Assembly (NCBI GenBank): GCA_025603075.1
Contig: MU626269.1
Location: 1-64,000, forward strand
Direction: 5' to 3'
Origin: Neoconidiobolus thromboides FSU 785
Taxonomy: Eukaryota > Fungi > Entomophthoromycota
Length of the DNA stretch: 64,000 nucleotides
Below are positions 30,253-42,612 of this stretch, piece after piece. The position numbers and the translations under genes are program-made. Under the pieces are notes generated by a model. The model ran no database searches, was not told where the DNA came from, and saw only the letters and a program-made list of their open reading frames with translations. The stretch's first letter is position 1. The number at the start of each line of letters is the position of its first letter.

Positions 30253-30830
30253 CTACAATTTGCTTTTATTTACATCGTTGTCTTTTAAAAACACTGTATG
30301 CCTCACCAAAGCGGTTATAGCCTTTTTATCATTTGCATTTTGCTTAAATAGCTCTACTGATGTGAAGCCTAAATTGAGCCCAATTTTATTTACTTTTGTA
30401 TCCTATCAATTATGGTTAGTATTTTTTCTAACTATTTTTTGTTAATTTCCCACTTTAACTCTATTTTCCACTTTAGCACTGGCCAAGTAACTTATACTAA
30501 TATCTACCACAATCCCGGGGTACTTTTTAAGGGTAATTAATATTGGATAGACAGCATAATGATTTACAAGGTAAGCTATAAATCCATCATAAATACTATT
30601 CTTGGGATTCTTTAAAAAATTAAAAAGTAATTGATGGATTAGAATCTATGTTTTTATTGAGTGTTTTTCAGTAATAAACTCCTGAACTACTTTTCCTTCT
30701 TTAGCGTATATGGCTTTAATATACTATAATCATTAATATATACTAATATATGAAACTGTTTCCTATGGGTAAAATAATGCCTATATAATTAGGTCTTTTA
30801 TCAGACACTACGCCATTTTTTTGTACTTTG
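30253..30830 (-). pseudogene. Thioesterase paralogue T7, probable pseudogene
   Basis: Exon 4 DTKVNKIGLNLGFTSVEL...LVRHTVFLKDNDVNKSKL* is intact. HGG/D are changed to YDG/N, the intron-3 donor reads GG, the intron-2 donor is not recognisable, and the candidate ATG is followed by TAG. Confidence 0.8.
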
Positions 30831-31928
30831 TTTGTTATTTGGTTGCCTGTCATTCTTTAGTAAATTAAATTTAAACGGCAAGATTGATAAGTGATTCAAT
30901 TACTACCTATTATAACTGACAACTTACCTAAGTGATACATTCTTTTCAAAAAATTCACCCGAATTTATCTATCTTTTAATAAGACCATTTGATTAAAAAA
31001 TTGCTCAGGTTTAAATCTCAATAGTTTTTTATTAGATGCTCTTTAAGCTATCTGATATAGTTTACTCAAAAAGAACAGCTAGTCTATTTTTGAAACTACT
31101 TATAGAATTGATATACTACAATTTAACTTATTAATTTTAAGCATTGTTCTATAATAAATCAAAATTAGGGTTGATGTTAGAGTTAAGATACAGTGCTAAT
31201 ATAAATTGTTCTAATTTCAATGTTATCTTCGTTAGCTTCAAGGTTAGCTTTGTATTAATTATAGTATTAATATTAACGCAATTATAATATTTATATTAAA
31301 GCTAATATTAAATTTTGGCTAGTTTTGTATTATATTTTATATTGATAGTTTTTAAGATATAAAGGTATTAAACGGATTGTAGGACTAATTTAATATAATA
31401 ACATGCTCATGTGATTCCAAGACAAAGCGTTTAGTTACCGGGATTGTTTATAAATAAATAAGTGAGTTCTTTTTAATATATAACAAATTTTTAAAGACTA
31501 TTTCATGTTTTAAACATTAAGAGTCATTCCAAGAATTATCACAAATACACCTTATAAAATAGCTCTTCAAGTATACCATATTAAAATATCAATTCAATTA
31601 TGAGAATAATTTATTAGAACATAATTGAGCAGAAAAGTTGACAGTTTATACTTGGAAAAACGACTGTTGGTTTTGCTATTTTATTAAGTTTCACTGTGTT
31701 AATTTCTTTATTGCTTTTCAATCCTCGCTGGTCAAAACATAATGTCTTGTTTTATTATACTTTAGTCAGGATTCTATGTTATTCTAGAGGTTTTTTGCTT
31801 GAATATATTTTAAGGATATATACAAATGGTCATAGCCGATTTGATTTTGCAATTTTTTAAAATGAAACTCAATATAAGTCTTAATTATTTCATATACTAT
31901 AATAACATTTATTATACATATGTACTTT

Positions 31929-32539
31929 TCACAATTTACTCTTATCTCCGTTACCATTTTTAAAAAACACTGTATGTCTTCCCAAGGCGATTATGACTTT
32001 TTTATTATTTTCATCCTGTCTAGATATTTCTACTGCTGTAAAAGCTAGACTACGTCCAAATTTCTCCACTTTTGATTCCTTTTAACTACTATTAATAGCC
32101 CTTTCAATTTTTTAATTAATTTACCACTTTGACTTTCTCGCCTACTTTAGCACCAGCCAAATAACTTATATTAATATCCGTTGAAACCCCAAATTTCCCT
32201 TTAGGCAAAGTCATAACTGCATAGGCACCACCATTATCTATAAGATAGCCTATAAATCCACCATGGAGACTTTGACCAAGATTCTTTAATAAAAAGGTTT
32301 AAAAAGTAATCAACAGATTAAAAATTGTAACTCTACCAAATGCTTTTTTTCGACAATAAACTCTTGAACAACTCGCCCTTCTTCAGCTTCTATGGTTTGA
32401 AAATACTTTAATAATATTAGTATGTACTAGTATATTAGAAGCTGTCTACCTTAGGTATTATAGTGCTCGAATAGCCACAATTTTTACGAAAATGCTCTAC
32501 TACACTTTGTACTTTATTTACTATTGGATTTTCTGACAT
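31929..32539 (-). CDS. Hot-dog thioesterase paralogue T8, 4 exons, C-terminus SKL
   Basis: MSENPIVNKVQSVVEHFRKNCGYSSTIIPK / ... / NLGQSLHGGFIGYLID...GVSTDINISYL / ...ALGRHTVFFKNGNGDKSKL*; all introns GT-AG. Confidence 0.92.
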
Positions 32540-32777
32540 TGTATAATAAATTAAAAATGAAAACTTTGAAGGTTGGTATTTATATTTAATTTATGGTTGA
32601 GTAATTATTGAGAATAGTCATTAGAGGACAATCGGAGCCAATAGTCTTGCGTTCTGAATCATCAAGTGTCAAGGTAAGAACTATAAACCTTATTAATTTC
32701 AAAGCCAAATTTTGCAATAATCCGCTTTGCCTCACTAAAGGGCTTTTTGATTTTAAAAAATCAAAAGGGAATAATAC

Positions 32778-32878
32778 ATTTAATACATTTTTATATCCAA
32801 GAATTTTACTAACAATTTTTCTACTTAAATAGCGTTAAAAATGGAAAAAGTAATGAAGCGAAAAAAAAACATCTATAA
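32778..32878 (+). mobile_element. ATAT-MITE copy 12 (degenerate left end)
   Basis: Body matches the consensus. Confidence 0.75.
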
Positions 32879-33551
32879 GTATTGCTAATTATGGAGTAGT
32901 TCAATATTAGTATTACATTTGTTTACTCTTATCCTTCTCATATTATACCATTGATTATGAATAATGAAACAAACCATACTAGAAAATATATATTTGACAT
33001 TCCAAAGTGATACATTTATTGAAATTTTATATTATTTAGGTGTTTAAATTATAAACAATAAATTGCTAAAGTAAATATTAGTTCTTTATAGAGTAGGAGC
33101 TTGTGAGTTAACTCTGCGCTTTCGGTTTAATATGCTGTTCTTCATCTATCCTCCCTTACCTTAATATATTTTATTCTCAGCTTTTTAATTTATTTTTAAA
33201 AAAATGTCTGTGAACTCGTGGTAGCTTTGAGTGGTTTATAAAAGAGATACTTGAAATTCCCTAAAACAATACTAGAAGTAATATTGGTTAAAGTTTTTGT
33301 ATGTCAGATACATCTAGTTTGATATTGAGTCTTTTAATAATATGCAATATAATTCAAAACATTAGTGTATAGTCATTTAATGGTCCTGGGCTTACGTTAA
33401 TATTGCAATATTTCATTAAATGATAGTTACTTTTATAAAATAAACACTATTACTGCTCTTGTTTTCTATTCCTATTTAGATTAATCAAAATAAAGTGTGA
33501 TTTCAATCTTTTTTTTCTCCTTCACACTATTTGAAAGCCTGATCAAATAGA

Positions 33552-33657
33552 AATGGGAGTGTTTTTTTTGACTTCATTATTTTTTTCATTTTTTAAGTGT
33601 TACTTAAGCGGAAAATTTGTTAGTAAAATTCTTAAACACAAAAAATACATTTCCATT
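33552..33657 (-). mobile_element. ATAT-MITE copy 13
   Basis: Reverse-orientation match. Confidence 0.85.
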
Positions 33658-33760
33658 TGCTTAAAAAACACAAATCAAACAGCTTAACTAAATGTAAATA
33701 CTTAGAAATTTTCTCAGCTAAAAGATCCAGTAATTAGTCAAACTTTAGTAGTGTTTTAAA

Positions 33761-33867
33761 ATATGGGGATATGTTTTTGTGTTTAAGAATTTTACTAATA
33801 ATTTTTCTACTCAAATAGCGCTTAAAAAATAGAAAAAGTGATGAAACCAAAAAAAACATCCCCATAT
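33761..33867 (+). mobile_element. ATAT-MITE copy 14
   Basis: ATAT-GGGGATATG...ACATCCCC-ATAT. Confidence 0.93.
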
Positions 33868-34469
33868 AATAAAGCAGGGTTTGATTGAATTCTTTAATAT
33901 GTAACATAATACTTGCTTGGATAAGCTCAACTGGAAGGTCTTATTTAAACTAATAAAAACCAAAACTTTAAGCTATAATTCTCCTCTTTGATATTGTAAA
34001 AATATACATTTCATATTCTAAACTGTTATATAACTAGTTTTATTTCTTTACTTCTAATGTGTTATTACTCTCTGTTACAATAATATGAATTTTCAAACTA
34101 ACCATTACTATTCTATAAATCATAAATTGGTTCTAAAACTATAATAATAGCAACTATTATTATCATAAGCAGTTTAATTGTAAAAAATATGTTAAAGGAT
34201 TATTGCTAAATAAAAAAACTTTGTTATGGATAAACTTTTTTGTTATAACTTTTATTTATAATTGAGCTTCATACTATGAAAATGAAGAAGACCAAAGAAT
34301 GATATTGCAATCACTTAGAATCATAATTTAACACATCATAATCTTAAGTCTAGGATAAGGGAAGGCCTGGCGTTTTGATCTATCTCATTAATTAAAATTA
34401 ACTATTAAACTGTGCTGATTCATAAAGTAGATGCCACCTAAATAGTAATTATTTTTAACCCATGCTAAA

Positions 34470-34540
34470 ATGATGCCAATATCTTATAATATTGCGCCAT
34501 ATCATCAAAAATTGACTCATCATTAAAGAAATGATGCCAT
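34470..34540. promoter_or_regulatory. Cluster of CYS-3/MetR-like bZIP sites plus an AP-1/Gcn4 site upstream of STR2
   Basis: ATGATGCCAT (34531-34540, exact ATGRYRYCAT), ATGATGCCAA (34470), ATTGCGCCAT (34491), TGACTCA (34513-34519). Confidence 0.55.
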
Positions 34541-34741
34541 CAAAAAAACCAACTGGGATTTTAACTATATTTAGCAATTTTTAAGCCAAAAGCTCAATGC
34601 TTTTAAACTTTATTCAAATTCTTAACTAAATTCCAGTAGTCACATAATAAAAAGGAATCATCAACCATTATAAAAACTCAAAAAATGGAAAATAAATCAA
34701 TTTTCAATTTTCAAAAAAAATTACAAAGCTAATAATCCCAA

Positions 34742-36722
34742 ATGGTTGAACTCACATCCGCGAATATAGAACTCCATAATAACCAATGGTTACAAAGTGA
34801 TTTAAGTTTATGTTCACCAATACCCCCAAATACACCCCATGCCGTTTCTGTATCATTACCAAAATGGAAAGATAATATAGATTATGAAGAAGGTAATCCT
34901 AGAGTAATGGATATTATGAAATCAGGTTATCCTAGATTTTGTATTCATGAATCTGTGGTGAAGGTAAATTTTGTTTATCATCAATATTTAAGAGATTGTA
35001 GTATTGATAATTTTGTTTTTTCTACTCTAGTTAAATGAACAATTAGCTAAAAGAGTTGGGAGGGTAGGCTCAATATGTTATTCTTTTCCATCCAAAAGGA
35101 TAGTTGAAGAATGTAAAAAATTTGTCATTTATCATTGTAATCAACAACAACGATTAGTATTAGATTCATTAATACTAGCTGAATATCAAATTAGTTCTAT
35201 TGATAATGATAAATTACCAACAGTCACATTACATTTGATATTTTTTGATCAAATATTACAACCTTTAATAAAACAATTTTGGCAACATACAGGAGAAATT
35301 ATAACTTCTAGATTAGCAGAACATTGCTTAAATTGTTTAAAAACACCAACTTCTCCTAATAATACGAACATAATAGCTAAAAAAAATCAACGATATAGGA
35401 AATATACTAAAGAAAATGCAGTTGAATCAGAAGTTAGTGAAACTTTTGATCCTATATTTATTGAAGAAAGATATGGACGTAATTTGTCTATTGAATTTGT
35501 TCATTTGGCTAAATTATCATTGAAAAAAAGAATTAAGTTGGGAAATCAATTGAACAATGATTTAGTAAATGATACTGAGAAATTGAATGGAATTGAAGAT
35601 GTATTTCTTTATCCTACTGGTATGTCAGCTATTTATAATGCTCATAGGCTGGTATTAAATACTATTGGTGAGTTTAAAACTGTTTGTTTTGGGTAATATT
35701 TATTTTATTTTATTTCCTATTAATACTAATATTAATACTTTATTAACATAGTTTTCCTTACACAGATACTTTAAAAATCCTTCAGAAATTTGGTACGGGT
35801 TGTTATTTCCTTGGTCATGGAGATAACTCTGATATAGAATTATTAGAGAATATTTTACTAAAAGAAAAAATATCAGCTTTATTTTGTGAATTCCCAGGAA
35901 ATCCGTTACTAAAATCAGTAGATTTATTGAAACTTAGACAATTGGCAGATAAATTTGGGTTTATTATTATAGTGGATGATACCCTTGGTAGTTTTATTAA
36001 CATTAATGTGAGTGAAGTAGCAGATATTATGGTATCTAGTTTAACAAAGATATTTTCAGGAGATAGTAATGTTATGGGAGGAAGGTAAATACAATAACAA
36101 TGATAAAAAGTAATAATTAAGCTAAATATTATTTTATTTTAGTTTAGTAGTATCATCCAAATCAAAACATTATAACATGTTAAAACGAGGATTAAACCAA
36201 TTATATGAAGATTTACTATGGTATGAAGATATATTATTTCTAGAAAGAAATTCTAGAACGTTTGAGACTAGAGTTAAAAAAATTAATCAATCTACAGAAA
36301 TTTTATGTGATTATTTAAAATCCCATTCATTAGGTAAGTATTAATGTACGATAAACTAATTAGCATTAATATGTTATTTAATAGTTCATCGAATCCATTA
36401 TCCTAAATATACGACTCCTTCCCACTACCAGCAATTCAAAACATCCAACGGTGGTTATGGAAGTTTATTTTCAATTGAATTTAAAAACGAATTGAATGCA
36501 ATTACATTTTATGATAATTTACTTACAGCAAAAGGCCCTTCATTAGGTACGAATTTTACTTTGGTTTGTCCTTATACTTTATTAGCTCATTACAATGAAT
36601 TGGATTGGGCAAAACAATTTGGTGTTAATTCTAATTTAGTTCGAGTAGCAATAGGATTAGAAGATATTGATTGGTTGAAAGAAGCATTTGGAAGAGCTTT
36701 GAAATCGATTGAGCATCCATAA
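34742..36722 (+). CDS. STR2: Cystathionine gamma-synthase (fungal Str2/MET-7 type), multi-exon
   Basis: [68 protein letters not shown] (PLP lysine), [19 protein letters not shown]. Confidence 0.93.
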
Positions 36723-36954
36723 ATGGGTTAAATTGAGTTATAAAAATGAAATTAGATGTTATTAACTACATTTATTATTTATCATTCTTGTAATTATATT
36801 TAGAATTTGATTTATTTTACATTTTCTTATGTTTATTTATTACCAATAGAAACTTAAATATCATACTCTAATTTAACTTTCTATAAAGCCATTTTAGCAT
36901 ATTTAAAATCAAATAAAAAGTTAATTGCATCAACATTTATTCACTGTCAAAATA

Positions 36955-38649
36955 TCAAATATCCCCTGCCATTCTAGCTGCTTTAAACTTAGATACCTTC
37001 TTTGGCTTTCTAAAATTTTTAACTTCTTCACTCTTACCATTCTCTTTCTTTGGAGCTTCTTCATAAGTATCAAAGGTATATCTATTAATTTCTTTCTATA
37101 AAAAAATAAACAATATTAATCATTCTTAATCAATCGAAGTTTAAATAAATAATTTTTTTAATAATAATTACCTCTTCCCTTTCTTCTAAAGAAGTAGAAA
37201 ATCCCCCTTGACTAGCAATTAATTGATTTCTTCTTTCATGGTATAAGTTATTAATCTAAATAATAACAAAATAAATAATGAACAATAAACAGATCATCAT
37301 AAACAATCAACTAACTCCACTTACCATTTCAAACTCTAATGCCCCTTCCAATCTATCATAATCAATAATTTCTGGTGTCTCTTTCTCAATAACTTTCATT
37401 TTCATAGTTTGAGTATCTTTATTACTAGCACCTTTACCTTTAGTTGTTGATTTCTTTTTATCTCTTACATCTACAACAGCAATATTATCATCTTCTCCAA
37501 TTTCTTCAATTCCTGAAGTATCCCTCATTAACATATCAAAATAAGGATTTTTACGAAATTCCTCTGGTGTACGATGAGAAGACTCTTTGACTGTATTTGA
37601 AAAACTAACTTGTTTTTTATTCTTATTCCCTCCTTTTTCTTCTTTATTCATTACTCCTCTTTGTTTCTTTCCTTTTTCTTTAATCTGGTTACTGAGCCCA
37701 TAAACTTCTTCTTCTTCATTATCTTCCATTTTCATTCCATTCATAGCATAATTCAAACCTTCTAAATAATTATCATCTTCATCTTCTGATTCTTCACCTT
37801 CTCTATGTTTTGGATAAGGTTTATATTCTTCTTCCGATTCTTCTTGATGTAAACCTCTTTTTTCTTCTTCTTCTAATTTATCTAAATACAACCGAATAGC
37901 TCTTTCTTCTTCAATTTCTTTTTGTGTTTTAACGCGGTATCTTTCTGTTGCTTTTGATTTTGGTTTTGGAGCTGGTATGTTTACTTCAATCACTAATTAA
38001 AAATAATAATTGAGTTAATAAATTTGAGTTTTATAAAAGTAATAAGTGAATGACTTACCATTTTCTTCTTCTTCAGAAGAATGATATTCTTCTCGGATTT
38101 CAACTATTTTGTTACCATATTCATCATACTGTAAAATAACAAATCAATAAAAAATAAGAATAAAAACTTAATTTTAATTTTAAAATAAATTTTACCTTTT
38201 GGCTCTCTTCACCAAATAAATTATCAGCTAACTTAGCTTTATTATCTAGTAATTGAATATCTGATTCTAAACTTTCTATTTGTGTTTTTATAATTGCTTT
38301 TCTTCGAGCAATGATTTGTTTACTTTGTTCACCACTCCTTAATGTAAACCAATTTTCACCTAATAATACCATATATTCATTAGTATTCACTAAAGTTCCT
38401 GGCATTAAAGCTAAGGGACCTATAGGGACCTATTTGATAGTTAATAACTAAAAACAATAAAACCTAATAACTTAGTCTAATTACCATCACTTCATGTTTT
38501 AATTTTTTTGGCAAATCGATCAACAACTCATCAACTTTATCATATTCTTGTAATAAATTAGTTTGTGTGGATAATTCAAAATTGATTTCTTTTTTTTGGT
38601 TTTTTATAGATTCTAAAAATAGTTGAGTTTTTGAGTTGAGTTCCTTCAT
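36955..38649 (-). CDS. BUD27: Unconventional prefoldin URI1/Bud27, multi-exon
   Basis: LPKKLKHEVMVPIGPLALMPGTLVNTNEYMVLLGENWF, an acidic middle region, and C-terminus KKVSKFKAARM. Confidence 0.88.
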
Positions 38650-38888
38650 TATTATGTCTATTTAATATACAAATACAATACAACTTGACTAAAAGTGTCA
38701 ACCTTATTTATCTTTTAACCTATCGGTTTTTTACTCATTAAGTTGCAATATTTGCAGAAAAGAGGGATGAGTTGAACAAAATTTGCAACCTTTGATAGCC
38801 ACCTACGTTTTTCAGACTTTCGGTATCATTATCCCTTAAATTTAATTATACTTTTGTTGATAATTTAAACTCTTTTAACTTAATCAAA

Positions 38889-40055
38889 ATGGCTGATGAA
38901 ACAATCCCAATAAAACATACTGAAAATGAAGTTGAAGTTGAAGAAGACATTGATGATCTATTAGATGGTAAGTAAACTTCTTTCTTTCTTTTTTCTTACA
39001 TTCATAAACCCTCATTATTTTCTAAATTAATACCCTCACCTTTCTCTCTATATAGATGCTTTGGAGTCCTTTTCTAAAGTAAATATTGAAAAGACGTCCC
39101 AAAAAAATCCAGAGCCTACTCTAGATTTCAATTTTGAAGAAGAATTTGCTAAAGAATTAAGTAAAGGTATGGAAGATTTATTAAAAAAAGCGAATAATGG
39201 GGAAGATTTAGATGCTAGTATGGAAAATTTGATCAAATCAGCAACCTCAAAGAATTCATTTCAATCAACAATGGATCAGACAATGAATAAGTTGAAAAAT
39301 AGTAATGAACAAGTGAAGGTAAGTTGAATGTTTAGATTTTTTTATAGTGTATATTTAAAATTAATGAATATTAATTGATGTAATATTTTAGTCTGAAGTT
39401 AAAGAAGATAACATGGATTCATTTATGGAAGATTTAATGAGTCAAGTTGGGGATATGACGAATAGTGGCGATTTTGAAAAAACAATTGAAGGTTTAATTA
39501 CTCAAATTATGAATAAAGATTTACTTTATGAACCAATGAAGGATTTAGTAGAAAAGGTAAGTCAATCTCAATACACATTAATATTTATAAAATTTAAAGC
39601 AGTTTTTTAATTGATTGATTTTTATTACTGTTATAGTATCCAGAATGGTTAGAATTAAACAAAGATAAACTTAACAAAGAAGAATTGGATAAATATCAAA
39701 AACAATATACTATTGTACAACAAGTTATTAAGGAGTTTGATTTACAAGAATTAGATGCGGAAGGTAATGTTAAATCTACACCAGAAAATACAAAGAGTCA
39801 AGTAAAGGTTATGGATTTAATGCAAGAGGTAAGGGGTTAATCTTTTTATTTATTTGTTATACTTGTTTTGTCTTTATAATGATTTAAATTAATTGATCCC
39901 TTGGATGATTTATTAATATTTTTATATTCTTTTAGATGCAAGAATTAGGCCAGCCACCTGCTGAATTACTTAAGATGGTTTCACCTGGATTAGAAGTTGG
40001 TGAAGATGGTCAACCTAAATTACCTAAAGAGTTGGAAGAATGTAATATTATGTAA
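38889..40055 (+). CDS. PEX19: Peroxin Pex19, multi-exon
   Basis: EDIDDLLDDALE, KDLLYEPMKDL..KYPEWL, MQELGQPPAELL and C-terminal CaaX CNIM*. Confidence 0.94.
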
Positions 40056-40198
40056 TCATAATGGATTATGTTATAGGCTCTCTTTCCATCTTTTTTTAAT
40101 ATTAAAAAATTACTAATACTTCTTTGAATAATTATGGTATTTTATTATTATTATTTATTTTTATGTTGAATACTATGTTCAATAACTATTATTTATAT

Positions 40199-40300
40199 TT
40201 AAGGGGTTTTTTTTGGTCCCACTACTTTTCCCATTTTTTAAGTGCTATTTGAGTAGAAAGATTATTAGTAAAATTCTTAAATAAAAGATACATCCCTATT
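40199..40300 (-). mobile_element. ATAT-MITE copy 15
   Basis: Reverse-orientation match. Confidence 0.82.
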
Positions 40301-40528
40301 TGATGTATCAAGCTTTAGATAATGGATTTTTGTTTTAAGCAAATTATAAATTTTTATTTATTTATGAAGTTGTTTGTATTGATTGATGTTCTACATATGA
40401 CTAACACTATTTTCATATTAGACAATTAACTCAATACATATACAATCTTTAAAAATCCTCATAAAAAACCAAATAGATTATATTAATGAAGCATGAGTTT
40501 TATTTGAATTGCTCGATAATTTCCCAAT

Positions 40529-41033
40529 TCATTTTAACAGTGGAAGTGAGTATTTGATTGACATTAACAAACTTAAAACATATTAATGAATCGCTCGATT
40601 TAATTAATTTGAAAGAAGTGCTCTTACCTTAACGCAGAGATCAATCCAGCTGGCATAAACTTACCACTATTCGAAAACCTCAAACCCATTACAACTAATA
40701 AGATTAAACTTAAAGCTAAATAAAGAAATCATATTAACACCAATATACCAACTTAAAACAGTCACACAATTCTAATAAATAAATTGATTTTTTACCTAAT
40801 GATAAATAAACATCATTTTGATTTTTAGAAACTCTATTAGCTGCATAAGCTAATAATCCACCAAAAGTTAATCCCATAGAAAGGGAAGGCACACTACCTA
40901 AGAATAGAGAATAATATCAGTAATCTGAGATGAATTTCAATGAGTATTAAATCTTTTAATTACCTGCTTTAATATAACCAATGCTACCACCAATAGCAAC
41001 GATAGCTGCATAAGCATAACCTAGATAATCCAT
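40529..41033 (-). CDS. TMEM14: TMEM14-family small membrane protein, 4 exons
   Basis: GYAYAAIVAIGGSIGYIKAGSVPSL and MGLRFSNSGKFMPAGL are TMEM14 signatures. Confidence 0.88.
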
Positions 41034-41175
41034 CTTCTTTGTTTTTGAATTAGAGACTGATTGAAAACTTTAAGTTTAGTGAAGTCACCTATTCAAAGCT
41101 TGAAGCTGAGTGATATTATTTCAGCCAATAATGTTTACACATTCGCTTTTTTAGCTAAAGTTTATATAATTTTTT

Positions 41176-41282
41176 ATATGTAGATATATTTTTGCTTAAG
41201 AATTTACTAACAGTCTTTCTACTCAAAATAGTACTTGAAAAAAATGAAAAAAGTGATGAAATTAAAAAAAACGCCCCTATAT
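41176..41282 (+). mobile_element. ATAT-MITE copy 16
   Basis: ATAT on both flanks; body somewhat diverged. Confidence 0.82.
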
Positions 41283-42612
41283 ATTCCTGTAAAATTTCAT
41301 AAAAAACATTTACCATAAAGTATACATCCACTTTCGCCTTGATAGTTATTTTAAATAAGCTTATATAGTTTATTTAAATAACATTATTAAATATTGTTTT
41401 ATTTATTAGCTTTATAATTAACTATATTGTACTATAATAACCATTTAAATTATTTATAAAATTGCAATTAGTTTTGTAATCAATTTAGTTATAATTTACA
41501 TAAAATTCAAGATTTTTTTATTTAGATTTGCTATAAAAACTTTTACTACTTAATTATAAAAAATGTTGCTTTTGTATCTGATATCTATATTTAATAGTTA
41601 TAATAGAAAATTATAGCTATTATTATATTTTTTATATATAATTGTTTCATATATAATATATGTTAATATAATAGCTTAACTTTCTAAGTTATTTTTTAAT
41701 ACTAGCCTTTCTAACAAAACTATTGAGTTTTTTATGACATTCATATAGATCTTATAACTCAACTTTATTTTAGTTATATAAACTAAGACTTTTTAACTTA
41801 TAGTTAGTTAATTAAACTAAAATTGCTTTTAACTTTAATTATCAAATATCAGCTTTTATAATAATATAACATTTATTATTAATATATATATAAATATATT
41901 TATTTATTTAATGATTTTACTGATAATCTTTTTTTCTAGGTTGCACTTAAAAAAAAAAGAAAAAAGTAAAAAACACTTATATTTTATTATTTAAATTTTT
42001 TGTAAATTTTTTTATAATGTTAAATAAGATTAGAAACCTTTAAAAACTAAAAGCCAGCTTAATCTTAAAATTTTGTTTAATTTATGATATAAGAATAAAG
42101 CAGTAATAATGCAAATAACTAATTAATATAAACAACTACTAATTATAATATATAAAATCTAAAAAAAAGATATATAAATAGCTAACTTATTAAGCTGTAT
42201 TAAAATATATATTATAAAGTTTTTCCCTTTTAATAAGCAGAAGATCTTATCATATTTTTAGTTATAATGTTTAAATATTAGTATTTAATTTTATTTAATA
42301 AGTGTGAAATTATACTAAATTAGAAGCTCATTTCAAATTCAATTTTAAAAGTGAGAAACTGGCTAATTAAAAATAAGATAAAATAACTAATTAGATATTT
42401 GGAGTCAAAATACTCAACTAGTTATTTACTTAGATTTAATTATCAACTATTAACATTCTTATTTAATTCTAGAACAAGTTTCCAATTTAATCAAACTTAT
42501 TCAGAATTGTCTTTAACAATTGCTTCATTTTTATTTTGAATGATGTCAACAAATATGTTTTTAGTTCACTAAAAATAATTTTCAAGATTTTACTTCTTTT
42601 AATAAAATTAGA

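Noticed and set aside
38889-40055. PEX19 as part of a peroxisomal cluster with the PTS1 thioesterases
   Set aside because: It is separated from T8 by STR2 and BUD27 and is a single-copy housekeeping gene; nothing beyond proximity supports linkage.
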